From: Botryllus schlosseri
Lineage: Eukaryota
Direction of reading: 5' to 3'
DNA: 64,000 nucleotides
Assembly: GCA_051294905.1 (NCBI GenBank)
Contig: CM119379.1
Span: 20,708,001-20,772,000 of the forward strand
The number at the start of each line of letters is the position of its first letter. The stretch's first letter is position 1. The notes under the pieces are model-generated. The model worked only from the letters and a program-made list of their open reading frames with translations, made no database searches and was not told the origin of the DNA. Positions 13,481 to 25,970 of this stretch are shown in pieces. The translations under genes and the position numbers were made by a program.

Positions 13481-14743
13481 GTTGCCGCCTTTTCATCGGC
13501 GCGGTATTACAGCGGTTTGCCTTTTTGTCATCAGCTTAGTCCGCGACTGCCCGGCGCCTAGCGGCAAACAAACAATGCCATACAAGACGCATTTTTTGCC
13601 GTTCGCCCCTGTTGTTTCTGCGATACCCCATACCCGATTGTGTACGGTTCGATGTCAAGCGCTGGATTCTGTGTTTTGTCACGATTGCACAATTCGGATA
13701 TTTGCTTAGAGTCCGTGTCCCATACAAGACCGCCGAATCCCGAACGCTTCCCTTTTTCCCATTGTTTTAACAACGGTATCAGGTATAAGGGATCGTTTCG
13801 TCGTATATACGTTTTTTTTTCATGTCCATTTTGGAATTCGGGCCGTAAATTTTGATGGATGATATTGGTTTTCGTCCCGTGGCTTCCGACATTCGTCAAC
13901 ACGCGCCGGCGAAAAGAGTCGCGATATTTGCCGGTTCATTGTTCGATCAAAAACCTCACATTTGACTTCTCGCCGTAGGGAGCAACTTTTGATCGGCTGA
14001 AAAGAACGGTGTTTGCGCAATAGCGCAGCCTCGGTTTCAAGCGTCTTCTGTGAAATGTTTAATTTGATTTTATCGCGTTTTCCGATTTTTCTTGTGAATA
14101 GACTGCGATGAGACGGTTCACGCTGTGACGGACGGGTATTTGCCGAGGGCAAAGCGATGGATCATCGTAATTTTCCTGGCAAATGACAGTTGCACAATGG
14201 CTGTTTGACGTTCTCTTTCGTCAAGTAGACCTTGTTGCGCCGCCGGTGGCTCGCACTCGAAAGGTGGATGACCCCCGTACCATTACTTTTTGGATAAAAT
14301 TTTTGCCTGTTTATATTGAGCATAGTTCGTCCGATGATGTTCAAATCATTTCCACTTTATATCTATTGATTACTCATGAATGTGCTGTGCTCAGGGCATT
14401 ATATTCTTGGAATTGCATCATTCTGAAATACTAGGATTTCCACGAAAATTGTTCAAAGTTACGGTGAGGGTTGCTAGAATTGAGTTTGCTCAGCCCAAAT
14501 CTGAAATTTCAGCCTGGTTACGTTCTGATAAAACTCATGTTTCAGGGACGAGGTCGGCAATGATTTACGTGCTATATGATTTCGAGTCGAACTGCAGAAA
14601 TAATTTGGAATGGGACGTTTTATCCAGCCTTGATTCGCAAGAATTTTACTGTGTCTGAAAACGAAAAACGATTCCAATTACAATCATATCCCAACATCAG
14701 CATTCATCAGAGATAATATGTCTTATGCTTATACAAATTATAC

Positions 14744-15046
14744 CGGAGGTTCTCAAACTTTTTTAGACACGCCCCCCCTTTATAATAATAAAAATTTCGC
14801 GCTCCCCCTTATCATCATATCACACAATGCAACCACAATGCTATAACAATCCCAAGAGGTAGTTTCTTGGCCTAGAAGGTTATGACTATTGATGATAGAA
14901 TTATCATATACGAAATTCGGACCATACACAGTGCAATAACTATGAATGGGAGGTAAATCGCGCGAAGCGCTAAACTTTTTTTCAGTTGACCGCAACTTTA
15001 CGCCCCTCTTCAGATGCTTTCACGCCCCCCGGTTTGAGAACCACTG
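14744..15046 (-). mobile_element. CAGTGGTTCTCAAAC-type hAT MITE (303 bp)
   Basis: TIRs CGGAGGTTCTCAAAC / GTTTGAGAACCACTG; 8-bp TSD aattatac / aattagac (7/8). Confidence 0.9.
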
Positions 15047-18000
15047 AATTAGACGATAGATAATTGAGTTATATTTTGTACATACTTTTAAAATTGCTTT
15101 GGTTCATCGTAACAATATTTCTCGATTAAGCATCAAACGAAATTAGAACCTGGTATTGGTTTCCACGGTATATTTCCATATCTATTCGGATTTCTATGGA
15201 TATAGAGAGCAGATCCGATGCAGAACTTGTATTTCAAAGTTATTAAATGTACTCCTGGTTAAATCCCGATTCTATATATGTTTTCATTCGTAATCAAAAA
15301 ATTAAATGAACAGAATTTCTCTGGATGCTGTGATAAATATTGCAGTATATGGTTTTCATTTTTAAGTATTCATTATTCTCCAGTTGCGAGTTCCCACCAA
15401 ATTGATTGGATGCTTTACGATGATATAACTATAGGGGTGGTATTTTTATAGATTCATATCTTGTAGTACATATATATACAATTATATATTCTCTTCTCCT
15501 TTTGTCATACTTTTGACTACATCTAATATAGTGTCGAGTGTAAACGCGATTCTCCCATCTTACTTCGCGTTGACACATGATCCCTTCGGCGTGCTATCCT
15601 ATTTCAGCCTTTCACACATCTCAAGAGGATGCTCTCAAAGGAAAAATAGGCACAAACCAGACCCCACTTAATAACAATGTTATCCCAACACCTTCCATGT
15701 ACAAATGTTCGCAACTTTTTGTTTGCTGATTCTAAGGGACGTGATACTGAGACTATGGGTGGAGTGTTGATGTGTTTGGTTGATGTGTTGAGTCGCAAAT
15801 GTCGCGCGTTATCGCTTGTTCCGTTACATCGTATTTTCTAAGTCGAAAAACGCAATGTTTCCGTCCAGTAAAGTTCACAAGCAGCCTACAGCTACACCAA
15901 ACAAAAGTCGATGGCCCGAGATAGCTCAGACATCACTTCTCAAACACTGACATCTGATAGAGTTTGGTTTCTGCATTGCGTCAAGTGACGCGCCTATTTA
16001 TCGGATATCCTCGCCTTCAGAGATGAGATTATATTGGATTAATTAGAACAATAAGGGGAAAATTTTGATTACTGCGTGCCACATGAAATTTTAGGAGGGC
16101 CTGATTATTTTTTTTTTCAATTCGAATTGCGTATGAAAATTTCAAAGCGCACCAGGGATGTTATATCGGGCGTGAAGAACTCTCACGGGAATGAGTGAAT
16201 GAGTATTGCTATGGTGCAAACCATCTGATGTTTGCCCGAACTGGTCATGTTTCTGTTTGCAATTTTTATTTAAATGTTTTCTTCTGCTAATCTACGGCAG
16301 AGATGGAATCAAGACACGGGGCATTGATGTTAAACCCGATGAATCATTGCTTCATAATTTGACCTCAAAAATCAGTTCAAATTTTATATCTTTGGTTCGA
16401 CCTGATTTTAAGCGCTAAATATTTAGCGATGTCGATCCCGAACCAAGCCTGGCTGAACATGAAAATCCAGACTCGGCTTGCACCTTTGCTCTGCGGAATC
16501 ACTTTGGAACGAATCACCTACGGATTTATCGGCTTTTAAAATGTGTGTAGCACAGGTTTATGAGTTATTTCATCCAGACAGTACTATTTTTTCATTCCTT
16601 TGCGAGTACGCTCCTTCTCCACATATTTACCTTTATACTTTTCAGATTGCAAAAACCATATAGAGAACGAATAGCAAAATTCCTCTAAATTATCCATGGC
16701 GCTAGCACCCTTATAATCATTGTTAAAACTAACAATGTGCACGTTTTAAACGATTTTTTATTTGAAAGACAAGCAATCGAGCGATTGTATTACGTCAAAA
16801 ATATAGCAGATAATTGACAATTTTCACGGAAATTTGACTTCGTCAAATTTAAAGGAAAAACATTGATTACAAAGATAACTACATATAATTTATTTCGCGG
16901 TAAAATGTACACCGGTACAAACATATTCATGCTGTTTGCCCGACATGTGAGCATACGGCATAATTAAAAACGACAGTAGACCATGCGCATTGGAGCTGAG
17001 TGACTTTATAACTATGAATCCTAAATAAACTCGACCCTAACACGCAATTTTACCCAGATGCTGAAGTGTCGCGTGCTCATATGCCCACGACCATTTATGA
17101 GATGTAAAGGATACTTTTACGATATAACGTCACGGGTGACATCAAAAAGCGATAGGACCAACTGTCGCCCGCGGGCTTCAGGTTCGCTACCCCTTTTTCA
17201 GACGTGGCCGCTTTTCGATAATAAAACATTCGCGCGCCTTCTCATCTTCAAATTGATTATCACAAAATGAGCAGTGCATATGTTTGCGATGTCATCGAGG
17301 CAAAACATGGAGTGTTTAAGCTGGAGTTGGCATGAACTGATCCATAACGCCCGCTCTGACGAAAAACGACATGAAGAAGCCGGGGGAAATGAATATAGCC
17401 AGAAATCCATTAGCTATGATGTCCCTATTTCCCTTTTTATTCTAATCAAAGTTTGACTTATAGACCGGAATTAGATTTTACAATAGTATTACATTCTTCG
17501 CTCGTACATGCTAAATATAGATTGATATCGATCAATTCATAGTCGGTCGGCAATCATTGATCACCCAACGCCGCACCCGGTTTCTGTCCGGTGTAACGCA
17601 AGGGTTAGTATTCTGACTGTATGTAATCAATTGAAATCCGAGGTGGCAAAAACGAAGTATTTACTTAACGATTTATTGTTTTTCGAGAGGTATATATTTC
17701 TATTCTCTGTGCGCTCATTGTGTCGCAAAGATTTCGATCAGTAACACCACTTCAATGAATCAAAAGACTGGTAAAACAACAATTATTTTTAAAACAAAAA
17801 GCTACAGAGCGGTTGGTTGCCAAATAATTTCTTCTATCCGTCTGATTACTTTAGCGTGTCAGATTCTATTTGCGATATCGCGTTTTCAACTCCATTATTT
17901 TCCGGTTATTCAGAAATCTCGCCCGCTCCAGAGTAACTTGTTAAGTTCTTTTTGTTAGCGCGCAAAAGAGCAGGCCCGTCGCGTGCGTTTGCGAAATCTT

Positions 18001-18478
18001 ATAGCGCCCGGTAAATGATTTGTCCTTCCGAACAAACAAACTTAGCGTGTTCAGGTTGATTTAGGGAAGAAAGCTGCATTCTAAGTATAGAAATGGAATA
18101 GGTCTCTTTTCGAGACTTTGCTATACATCACAAGTAACCCTACCCTGCCGAAGCGTGGGTGGGTTTGGTAAGGCCACTAAAATTATTCTTTTTAGTCATC
18201 AGCCGTTGTTTATAAATAGAGCGATGATACTTATCGGCAATGTAATAGCGGAATTAATTGCTGCGCAAATAGAAACATCATCCCACTGGGGCGTGCCATG
18301 GCATCATTTTTGTACTGGCTTTATTGTTTGTTCTGACAGTTAATATACTATACGAGATAACCTAATTCGTTAGTAAAAAATCTACCTCCATTATGATTTT
18401 CTTCTGTGGATATATCGCCTGGTTACCTGCTGTCCTATACTTAATAGTCAGCCCTGTAAAGGTTCATGGACCACGACC

Positions 18479-19421
18479 CAGTGTTGGGATGACTCGAGTC
18501 ATGACTTGACTCGAGTCACTTTTTCGTATGACTTGACTTGACTCGAGTCACTTTGCAAAAATGACTTGACTTGACTTGACTCGGCGCTTCAAAAATGCGG
18601 ATTGACTCGTGACTCGGGGCAAAATTTACGAGTCAATTTCAAGTCATCAAGTAAACGGTATCAATCAAATCAGTGTATTTTTGGTACATGTTCGATTGTT
18701 CGTACTGTTCGCGATACGCCTGTGTCACTTGTGAGAGTAACCAGGCATTCAATGAATGTACGTTTGAATTATCCTCCATTATTGCATCACAAATATATTG
18801 ACCACAAACGAAATGATCACAGGTTACGTTGTCGTCGCAGTAGCAGTATAGTAGTAGAAGAAAAAGAATACAATAGCAATTACCGTATCGATGTTTTTTA
18901 GACGGCTCAGTGCTAACATTGCGCAGTGATCACCTTTACCAACCCTCTTGTATGATTTGAATCCATATAAATTTGTTACAACTTCTCGAGGCTTCGTATT
19001 CGATCATATTGGCTGATATAATAACAGACTGTAGCAAAGCTATACATGCAGTTGGTCGCGTATTTTATTTGTGGTTCTACGTGTGCGTGATAGACGCCTT
19101 CTTGCATGCATATTAAACTTCATATTAGTTATTTGATGCAAGATAAATGGTAAATTATTCTGTCTTTCACACAGCTTGCAAAATGTAATGACTTTGAATC
19201 GTCACTGATACTTCGAAAATTCAATTTGACTTGAATTATGACTTGACTCGTGACTCGACTTGACTTGACTTGACTTGACTCGAGTCACATCCAAAAAACG
19301 AGTGACTTAACTCGACTCGAGTCACCTTCGAAAATCGATTAACTTGACTTGACTCGAGTCAAAATGTGAAATGACTCGAGATGACTCGTGACTTGAAGGT
19401 GGTGACTTGATCCCAACACTG
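18479..19421. mobile_element. hAT-like non-autonomous element (943 bp) with GACTT/GACTCGAGTC arrays
   Basis: Perfect 12-bp TIR CAGTGTTGGGAT / ATCCCAACACTG, with tandem GACTT and palindromic GACTCGAGTC repeats at both ends. No TSD recognised. Confidence 0.85.
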
Positions 19422-20039
19422 CTCCAAGTCGTTTCGACACGTACCGTACAGCGTACACGTTTGTATCCTTTCATTTAATCGCAGTCTTGTGTCGCTTTAA
19501 AATGATGAAATTATCAATAAACTGATAATTGATACTTCTGCTTGGAGTGCAGACAGTCCACCTCTGAGCGGTGTCCGAGATGAAAAAAGCAGACATATCT
19601 TGAAATGGTCATAGAAGTTGCAGAGCCATTATAGCGTCGAATATATATTATATTAAATATTAAAATGCCAGATCATTAAAACTAATCGATGCTATCTGTA
19701 TTTGTATGATACGAATGCTCTGTAATAACTCTTTTATACGTGGCGCACAAAACCTGTGATGTGATAAGCGTCAATCATCTCTGTATCTGCAACCCATGCC
19801 AATTCTTCATCTACCGCAATTTTATCATCTGACCTCTTCATGTATTGCATAGGAATAACAGTCCCACTCGATTACTGAAATTTTATAAGTTTACTTCAAT
19901 CCCGCCCTTCTCCTTAGCGGACAGGTTGCTCCCCAGACTGTGTGCGTATTCACCAATTTTACTGTGAATAAAGAAGATAATTTATTAATAAGAATAGACT
20001 GGGTAGGGAAGACTTCCTGAAGAAGTCAGACTGTCAACA

Positions 20040-20480
20040 GCTCGCAACAGCAGACCTATGGATGCGAACTCTGACCTTTTCGTGACCGTACCGTCCCAGC
20101 TGATGGGATTTGCAATCTCGCAAATTAATTCTTCGTACCACATCACAAAACGGTTTCACTCCGGCCAGATGAGCTACCGGTTCCCTCCGTAATCGGAGAG
20201 GGGATTCGACACGGTTTAGAAGGTGAAAAACAATACCCTGTGTACTTTGGTACCGCATGCGACTGTGTTAGTCAGAATTAGGATCCCTTACTCTGTCACG
20301 TTGTTTGAAAATTTCGGAATTTCTTTGCTTACAACTGTTAATGTCAACTATACGTATTCTGACCAATCGGCAATAGTAAACAAACTCAATCGCGCTTGCT
20401 GAACCGTCACCAAACCTGGCCCCGCGCATGATCCAGATCAAACGATCGGCTCGAGTCGAATATTTGTAGCGCTGGTTTCC
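20040..20480 (-). mobile_element. Possible highly degenerate BEL/Pao LTR-retrotransposon integrase remnant
   Basis: Fragments AG...WIMRGAR......YYCR, PVAHL...KPF..V and GRYGHEKVRV loosely follow the BEL integrase zinc-finger and core order. Many stops and frameshifts. Confidence 0.25.
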
Positions 20481-21619
20481 TCCTGCATATCTCTACCACC
20501 GTGCCAAAACACCATCGATTAACTCTGCTTGACGGACGCGCGCAGTAAACTTGAACTAATACAAACATGGGATGTATACGTCTTTATCCGGCCTTGTGTC
20601 AGCGCGCCTACATTTGAACAAGGCTTAGGGACGGATGACATCCTGCTTGTTGGTAGCACTGCTTTGAACCTTTCCATAGTATTGCGTATTTACTGGAAAA
20701 CGAGATTCGAAAACTCGGTGCGATCCAGTTCAATAAAGAACTTTTCTTAAAACTGATTTTATTGACACTTTATCATATATTGAACTGCTGTCGCATACAT
20801 AATTGTAACCCCTAATATAATCCCAAAAGTCCTCTACGCAACATGGAACCGAATCGTAATAGTATTAGCTCGATTGTAACTTCATGGATTTGATACCAAT
20901 TCCTTCATATTACTAACTAACATATTGAATAAGTTTATTATTTGTTGTGTATGACTGTATTAACACCTAAAACATATTGAATGTGAATTCATACGGAAAG
21001 AGTTGTCATTTGTTGTAAGGTGCGCTATGCACTAATGCTGTCTATTAAACAAATATCCAGCATAAACTATGTATAACTCTGGCTCTACAAGACGCCTGCA
21101 TAGTGCACACCTGCACAGTACAGAATAGTGAGTAAAGGCAGAAATGACCGAAAACTCATACGAATATATGTTAGGCAGTCTTCTTGATGAACCAAATTTT
21201 ACTGCCTTTAGTCCGTTCGCAATATCGACAGAGAATGTAAATTCAGTTTGAAATAACAGCACAGGTAGGGGAAAGGTAGTCCCGCTTCTGGGTGACGAGG
21301 TTAAGGATATGAAATCTCATGGGATGGCACGCCTCCGCACAAGTTTATCGAGTTCAAAAGATCTGCCAATACCTCTGATCTTATCGAATGTTCCTAACAC
21401 AGCACATGCTTTATAGAATGTGCCCGACACCCTGGAGTATTCATGTCGACCTTTTGATCGTCCGCCATGCTGTATTAGCAGGATTCCTTGGAAATGCTTT
21501 ATAATTGTAAGTTACCTCTGACTTACGGTACTATAGGTATGAACTGAACGCATTGGCAGTTGTGTTATTTCATCTGAGTTCGAATGGGAACGAGTGCGAA
21601 CCAAGTAACTGCTCATATC

Positions 21620-21650
21620 TAGTAGTAGTAGCAGTAGTAGTAGTAGTAGT
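21620..21650. repeat. (TAG)n microsatellite
   Basis: tagtagtagtagcagtagtagtagtagtagt. Confidence 0.9.
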
Positions 21651-21870
21651 TGTACCACCACTAATTGTACCACTAAGCTGTAGCTGAAAATGGCATTATA
21701 CATTTTCTGATCAAATAAGAGAGGTAGCCTGCTTTATTTATAGCCATTAGCCAGGCATGTTGCCTCAGCGATAAGCCTTTTCACTGATTAACAAACTGTT
21801 TTTCGGAAGTCATTGCGTCATGATGATTATGACGTCGGGTCGGAATGGAGGCGAGGCGTAGTTTTTCGCC

Positions 21871-21904
21871 TATAAATTGCCATCGTAGACACATTGAGTC
21901 ATTC
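21871..21904 (+). promoter_or_regulatory. Candidate Pol II core promoter: TATAAAT + Inr TCATTC
   Basis: TATAAAT at 21871-21877 and TCATTC at 21899-21904 (Inr A 30 nt from TATA). CRE-like TGACGTC and TGCGTCA lie 35-60 nt upstream. Confidence 0.35.
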
Positions 21905-22267
21905 CCCAATACTGCCACGCTATAGCAGGGTCAAAAGTGTGTCCAACATGCTGGTCAAGCACCCTTAATAAGTCGCCCGGCTGGCTATTAGACTAATTCC
22001 ATAACGATTTCCCAGCCCGGTCGTTAAACATGGGCCATATTTTTGTATTGAAGGCCAACCATAGACGTGGTTACTGTCATCTTATAACTTCCGATATGAA
22101 ATTTCATGATCCGATTTCCGTAATTTATCTTCTTCGTGCACTGTAGATGCAGCGGTTCCAGTCTATAGAGCCAAACTATGTATTGGATCAGACACCATAC
22201 ACATCGCCCATATACCGTGTTTAACTCAAATTGTTACAATACCATATGATTATATTTGCTATAACAG

Positions 22268-22700
22268 CAGGGACGGGCAACATACGGCCTCACATGATAA
22301 TATCGCCCACGGTCACAGTCTGCCACACATTTCCACTACTTGCTTACTACGTAAAATTATAGTGACTGTAGGTTATTCTTTCTTTTTTGGACACATATAA
22401 TAGTGATTGTTGTTTATTCTTTAGTTCTTTCTTTTCTTTGCGTCCGTAATTCAGCCACAGTTCAAAGAACCTGTACGCCGACCACAGATGTCTCATTGAC
22501 ATGAACACTACGTTACGTTAATAAATTCACTAAATGCTGTTTTGGTGTCCATGCTTCAAACTTAAAGTTTACATTAAATGCGATTAATCCTTGTCTAGGT
22601 GGATAAATACGCACATAATGCATAGATTGAGGAATCCGGCCCGCCAAGTACTTCATTTTTCCATATCCGGCCCGCCGACTGGAGAAGTTGCCCGTCCCTG
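22268..22700. mobile_element. GGCCCGC-type hAT MITE (433 bp)
   Basis: Perfect 14-bp TIR CAGGGACGGGCAAC / GTTGCCCGTCCCTG and subterminal CCGGCCCGCC repeats. The TSD is only partly preserved (tgctata on both sides). Confidence 0.85.
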
Positions 22701-23649
22701 TGCTATAGCTACTACTAAGGGCACGATGGAAAGTGAAGCGGCTGATACGAAGCTTTCCCATACTCAAATATTGCTGAGCTTTAGGTAATGCGTGCTAAGT
22801 ATCAGTCAAGCGCAGTGAATTTTTCAGTTTAAAAATCATTTTACATGGTTTGCGTATGAAAGTGCTTTAGGCATGATGGGGAATGAGGAATGAGGGCTAT
22901 TCTGTCGACTGGGCACGCATGTTTCCGATTGCAATGTGCTGTAAATGTATATTCAAATATTGTCATTCAGATATCTCCACACCCTCCCATAGAGTCCGCA
23001 TCAGTAGCAAAAATAACCTCGGATGCGCTACCTTGTTGTCTAAGCTGTCATGAGGCATATGTTAGATTTTCCTATTTTGACAAGCGAACATGCGAACGTA
23101 TTTTTATCCAGATTAGGCCATGGATTCAAGACATTCGAACAATTTTGTAAATAGCGACGGAAGACTAGTATATTGCTGCGGAACGATTAAAATACAGTTG
23201 AACAACCGAATTTTCTGACATCTACGATTGGCGACGATATCTTATCGGTGCAGATATAAAGCGTACTGGCCGAATTCGATCGTATATCCTCAACTAAATA
23301 TGGCATGATGAACTCTCAGTAGCACCACAGTATACGAACAGGATCCTATTGGTAGATAACTTCATACGTACGCGCTTACATGATGAAAACGCTGTGAAGT
23401 CTCGATAAATAATAAATGCTTTGTATCCTGACATTCTGAAGTCATGATCGCTTGATCGGTATAAGCATAGTTACTTACGCCGTGGTCGTTCATGGCAACA
23501 TCCATTTATTGCTTTCATGTACTTCTGGTAATCAGGTATTTATCGAAATCCGCACATTTTGCAAAAAGTTATTCTTCAGCTACTCAACTTGATAATGTTA
23601 CCACATATTTATTGCATAGGTATTGGGTACTTTGTCGAGGTGGCATCTT

Positions 23650-23775
23650 ATAAAGATAAGCTGTAAATCGTAACCCTACAGCATATAGCTTCAGTTCTTT
23701 TTCTGAAGTCGAGTAGCGTGTCTCGATGTTAGCACCTGGCAAAACACAGACGCATTTCAAGCTGGAACTAATTGG
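23650..23775 (-). mobile_element. Ty3/Gypsy RNase H remnant
   Basis: Translates PISSSL...ETRYSTSEKELKLYAVGLRFTAYLY, resembling the Gypsy RNase H motif AE.RYSTTEKELLAIV.....F..YLY. Confidence 0.55.
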
Positions 23776-24634
23776 GGCTTGGATGTACATCGTATACATT
23801 GTACACCCGGTTTAGACCTGTAACACGCGATGTTGTTGGAAGTTTTACGGTGGTTTGGAGTTGTCTCGCACAAAGCGCGCAAAACACGACAAGCCGCGAA
23901 ACTGTCACATTCTCCTGCATATCTCGCCTGTTTATATCCAAAATAAATAGCGATACATAAAAGATTATCATGCATTTTCCGATTCCATCTACTATCGGTT
24001 GGCGATCTTGCCCACCAATTCGCTCTGCACATAAAAATAGAATGCCGCGCCTTTCGTGGAAATGTGTATGCTTTTTCTGCGCCTCGGCATACTGGAATCG
24101 TTCTCCCTATCCCTATATGTTAATTTTGATCTTTCGACTGATACACAATTTGGAACGTCGTGTTATGCGCCTTGCGGTGTCACCTCGAACTAAACTGATT
24201 CAACTAAACATTTGTTAGAATGGTTATCTAACTTGCAAGTTCTCTGTAAAGATCCAAGTTCCCGTCTTATAAATCTTCATATATGGATATGACACGTTAT
24301 ACTATAAAACGTTTCGTGTTCTGCAAGTTATTAATGCTTACGAGAACTTACGCAGATACTTGCAACATATGTACCTATCCAGTGACACGTTGTGCAGTCG
24401 GGTGTCTACAGCCAGTAAGGCATGAGGCGGTCTTGCTTCCCGTAAATAAGAATAAAATTCTGGTGATATGGAGAAACCTTGCCGCAAATATGAGCTCGCG
24501 ATCTATATATACGACATCCCACTAAGCTCGCCATCGCTACTCTTGTACCAAGGTCCTACAGAATGGGGGTGCGAAACGCTGTGTGCAATAATGAAATCCA
24601 GTTGACAATATCCGGCATACATATAATGAACTGT

Positions 24635-24640
24635 TTTATT
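24635..24640 (-). terminator. Putative Islet polyadenylation signal AATAAA (3' UTR about 700 nt)
   Basis: First AATAAA I found on the minus strand downstream of the stop at 25335 (plus-strand TTTATT). Confidence 0.5.
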
Positions 24641-25334
24641 TCGATAAAACCTTTCCCGGCGGAATGACACAGACAAAGCATTACCCTCGTCACGGACGAT
24701 ATCCGAAAAAAATGAAAATCAGGAATCAGTCGTAGACAAAAAATAGCTGGTTAAATAATTAGATTCAACAATAACAGAAGAGACAAACAGAGAAAAAGTA
24801 GAACGGTAATAGTAATAATAAGATTGGTTGGAATATCAGCAATAACTTTGAGACTCCATGACACGGTAAGAGTCAACGGCCGCTCTTCATAAATCTGTGT
24901 ACTTCGCGATAGTAGAACACGATATAATATATATGTATAATATAGAAACATTCTGGGGTAATGATCGCGTGTGTATAAACGGAAGGGTGTCGATGAGCGT
25001 TTTGTTGCATTTCTCTCGGATATTGTTCATTCGTTCCGTATAGTTTCTGACCAATTTACCTTTGATCACAATATATTGTTCGGCGGGCGATAGGATTCGC
25101 AAGGTATAAATGGCTATAACAGTAGATTCGATAAATAATAATTTTACTAAAAAAGAATAGTCTGTTCGACTAAATTATACGGAAACGGGTGGGGTTCGCT
25201 GTTCTCTTTCGCCTCGGCCATATGTAGCCGCCATTTTTAACAGAGAGTTCGGTGTTTTCACGATCGAATCGTACCGATAAGTTGCATTGATCTCGCGTTT
25301 GATCGTCCCAGCGACGCAAACAACTAGGCTCGAT

Positions 25335-25478
25335 TTAGCTGCACACCGATACGTTGATGTCTTGCGCCGTAGTCATCGGTGTTGAGCATGATGTCAACGC
25401 CGACGATACGGATGGTATGCTGCTGAGGTCCGACGAGTCGGACAACGAACCTTGGCCTTGGTCCGAGAAATTGTTGAC
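25335..25478 (-). CDS. Isl: Islet exon 6, terminal coding exon with stop
   Basis: Acceptor atttccag|GTC; 144 nt. Translates VNNFSDQGQGSLSDSSDLSSIPSVSSALTSCSTPMTTAQDINVSVCS*, matching the VNFS..G.GS Ser-rich tail of Islet. Confidence 0.92.
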   Translation of the reverse strand, partial: VNNFSDQGQGSLSDSSDLSSIPSVSSALTSCSTPMTTAQDINVSVCS

Positions 25479-25867
25479 CTGGAAATATGCGGTTCATTAC
25501 TGAACAGAGAGACGCCCAAGTTCATTTGGAGGTAAATTTTTGCAATCACTTATGACATTGTACCGCGAGATACGCTTGTGTCATGGAGTCATATTCTGCA
25601 TGCACCCGTGTTACTAACAGAGGTTATCAGTAACGAAGCTTCTGCTATGTTATGTTTGATTTTAGTAAGTAGTTTTGTGATGAGTTTGGGTCACTTTTGT
25701 GAATGGATTTATCATAAGAACCATGCAAAATAGTCACTGTATATCTGAGTAAGTTCTAGAAGACTATAACTATGTGTAATATCATTTCCGTTTGTCGCGA
25801 ATATAAATCTTACAATGTCGAAAGCAACCACCTCCGATTTACTGCAACCCTTCAACCAAGTCTAGTT

Positions 25868-25970
25868 CTGAAACTATACTTACTTGATTAGTTTTCAGAC
25901 ATTTCATGTTGCACTTCCACTTGAAGTGGTAAATATATGCTTTGGAGGTGAGTACAATTACTTAGTGGAA
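25868..25970. repeat. TACTT-rich dispersed repeat fragment in intron 5
   Basis: gaaactatacttacttgattagttttcagacatttcat...cttccacttgaagt resembles 49520-49625; related tracts at 31195-31325 and 59285-59600. Confidence 0.6.

Noticed and set aside
18479-19421. Regular short repeats resembling a CRISPR array
   Set aside because: 5-10-bp tandem motifs with no constant repeat/unique spacer period, bounded by transposon TIRs, in eukaryotic DNA.
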